In this document: positions 62,372 through 64,000 of the stretch, in pieces | How the letters are laid out: the number at the start of each line of letters is the position of its first letter | Numbering within the stretch: position 1 is the stretch's first letter | DNA from: Camelus ferus | Lineage: Eukaryota | Direction: 5' to 3' | DNA length: 64,000 nt | Assembly: GCF_009834535.1 (NCBI RefSeq) | Contig: NC_045712.1 | Location: 21,700,001-21,764,000 of the forward strand | The notes under the pieces: generated by a model | The model's database searches: none | Told to the model about the DNA's origin: nothing | Seen by the model: the letters and a program-made list of their open reading frames with translations, nothing else | Position numbers and translations under genes: made by a program

Positions 62372-62940
62372 CGAAGGGCATAGTCTTATGCCACCCCAAA
62401 GTATGCCACTTTGGCATAGGGGTGATTTTGAACAGAAGGCAACTGAGAAACAGCAAATGCAGGAAAAGCTCTGTACTCTCCCTCTTTCTGCCTAAAGGCA
62501 GGGTATAAAATTCCTTTCACAAAGGTGTCCCCCCTTCCCTCTCCCATACCAGTTACAGGAAAACAACTCTTGATCATGGAAGATACTCTTATTGCCCCAG
62601 AGACTGCATGAGATTGAGTCTGCAAAGCAAATCTTATTAAAATAACTCGTATGTTCCATTAATTTTCTCCATATATTTACCCTCCCATAATTTGCCATCC
62701 CTAGAAGCCCAAGCTCATTTTCCTTTGTCTTATTACTTCTCCACAAATTTATAGCTCTTTGTTAAAATGGTACATACAAGTCCCAACCCCATCCCCCCAC
62801 CCCAGGTCTAACTGCCTCTTTGATTCATTACTTCTTTTCTATGAAGGCCTCCATAAGCACACACATCTTTTGTCAGTTTAATTTGCAGGGCCCTTGTCAT
62901 TAAACTTGAGAGGGTAGAGGAAAAAGTTTCCTTCCCTATA
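62372..62940 (+). mobile_element. ERV1 solo LTR of the MER34 family
   Basis: tatgccaccccaaagtatgccactttggcata...gaaggcaactgagaaacagc...gagggtagaggaaaaagtttccttccctata. The 4-bp TSD tacc is at 62368-62371 and 62941-62944. Confidence 0.85.
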
Positions 62941-62944
62941 TACC

Positions 62945-63450
62945 ATTAACTTATCCATCCTACTGTTTTTGTGGTATTATGTTGGATATGGGAAATACAA
63001 TGGACAAAAAAGAAAAAAGTCACTACCATGCATAAGTTAGAGTAAGTCAGAGAGACATGATTTTAAAAATAGCTCAAGCAATATACAATTATAAGCTGTG
63101 CTAAGTGCTATTGAGAGCAAGAACTGATTCTATGAAAGAGTAATAGGTGGTACTTTTCTATTTGGAAAGTCAAGGAAGGGATTTATAATAAAAGAGCTAA
63201 AGATTAAATAAGAGTCAGCTAGGAAACAACGTGAGGACCCTGATGGTAGATGGTGGCCAGGTTCTTATCTCTAAGCAACTGAAAGAAAGACAGGGAGGAA
63301 GCCTAGAGGTACAAAAGTGAAACAAGGAGACTGAGTAGGAGTCTAAAGGCATGGTCTGGGCAGGAGAGAGGGTGAATGGCACATTGCAAATGATGAGAAG
63401 GGAGAATATTTGAGATGTATTTTGGGAGTTGTATCAACAGGCCTTGTATC
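62945..63450 (-). mobile_element. LINE-2 fragment
   Basis: gttggatatgggaaatacaatggacaaaaaag...gtgctaagtgctattgagagc...gatgtattttgggagttgtatcaacagg. Confidence 0.65.
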
Positions 63451-64000
63451 TCAAACCCAATGACATAGGTGTTTGCCTCAGTTGCCAAGACCAAGGAATC
63501 ATGGTTCACTTGGTCTTCCGGGCCACTGTTCTCTGGTACCAACCAGGCCTGTCTTCAGTGGGTCTGTCTGTCTCCTAAGTAAATGACATGATTGTATAAT
63601 AAGACATGCAATGCAGGATCTGCATTTGGGCTTGCTGGCTTCTGCATGTCTTTATAGTAAATGATGAAATGTGTTTCGCTTGTCATTTTAGAAGATAATG
63701 TGAAACAATTTACCACAAAACAAGACAAAAATAGGCCTGTGTAGCTAGACAAAGCCTTAGAGATCTATTCCAGGGTTCTTAACATTTGGGGGAAACAGTG
63801 GAAAATTGCACATGTTCATGGACAAGTTTTGACAGGAGGGATCAAACACTGCTTGAAATTCACACATGGCTGAATGTGAGATTTTCCAGTGTCCTGATCT
63901 CGATCAATCTCCCCATTTTTCAGTTGGAGAAACGGAGGAACAGATATTATATAACTTAGTAGGAGAGGGAAAACCAAAAGTGGTATCTTCTGACCCTTTC

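Larger units (their letters stand above)
1..64000 (-). other. CACNA2D3: Window lies entirely within the CACNA2D3 transcription unit (four internal exons plus introns; both gene ends are outside the window)
   Basis: Four colinear minus-strand exons splice into one open frame: [82 protein letters not shown]. This is the post-VWA/Cache region of alpha2delta-3. Introns are 20879, 1313 and 8896 nt. I saw no flanking exons. Confidence 0.96.

Noticed and set aside
1-64000. CRISPR arrays, rRNA/tRNA/snRNA genes, processed pseudogenes, prokaryote-type systems
   Set aside because: No regularly spaced repeat-spacer array, no RNA-gene or retrocopy signature recognised, and the sequence is plainly mammalian intron.

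Overview
This window is mammalian genomic DNA from a draft assembly with four N-gaps; it is not prokaryotic. The whole window lies inside the calcium-channel auxiliary subunit gene CACNA2D3 (alpha2delta-3), transcribed on the minus strand. Four consecutive coding exons are present, all phase 0 with canonical AG/GT ends: an 18-nt microexon (39711-39728, LPQAQK), a 72-nt exon (18760-18831), an 81-nt exon (17366-17446) and a 75-nt exon (8395-8469). From recall of the human gene these are probably exons 14-17. The remainder is intron, filled with old eutherian repeats: MIR, L2, L1M fragments, MaLR/ERVL/ERV1 LTRs, hAT and Tigger MITEs, and microsatellites. I recognised no young lineage-specific SINE. 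Almost every ORF in the supplied track is spurious. I found no convincing novel gene or multi-gene system. The most interesting candidates concern splicing (the microexon with a downstream YCAY/UGCAUG cluster, a recursive-splice-like site or alternative last exon, possible cryptic exons), CTCF-like motifs, a periodic TGACA/ATYGAT cluster and nested transposon events. Repeat family names and boundaries come from recalled consensus sequences and are approximate.
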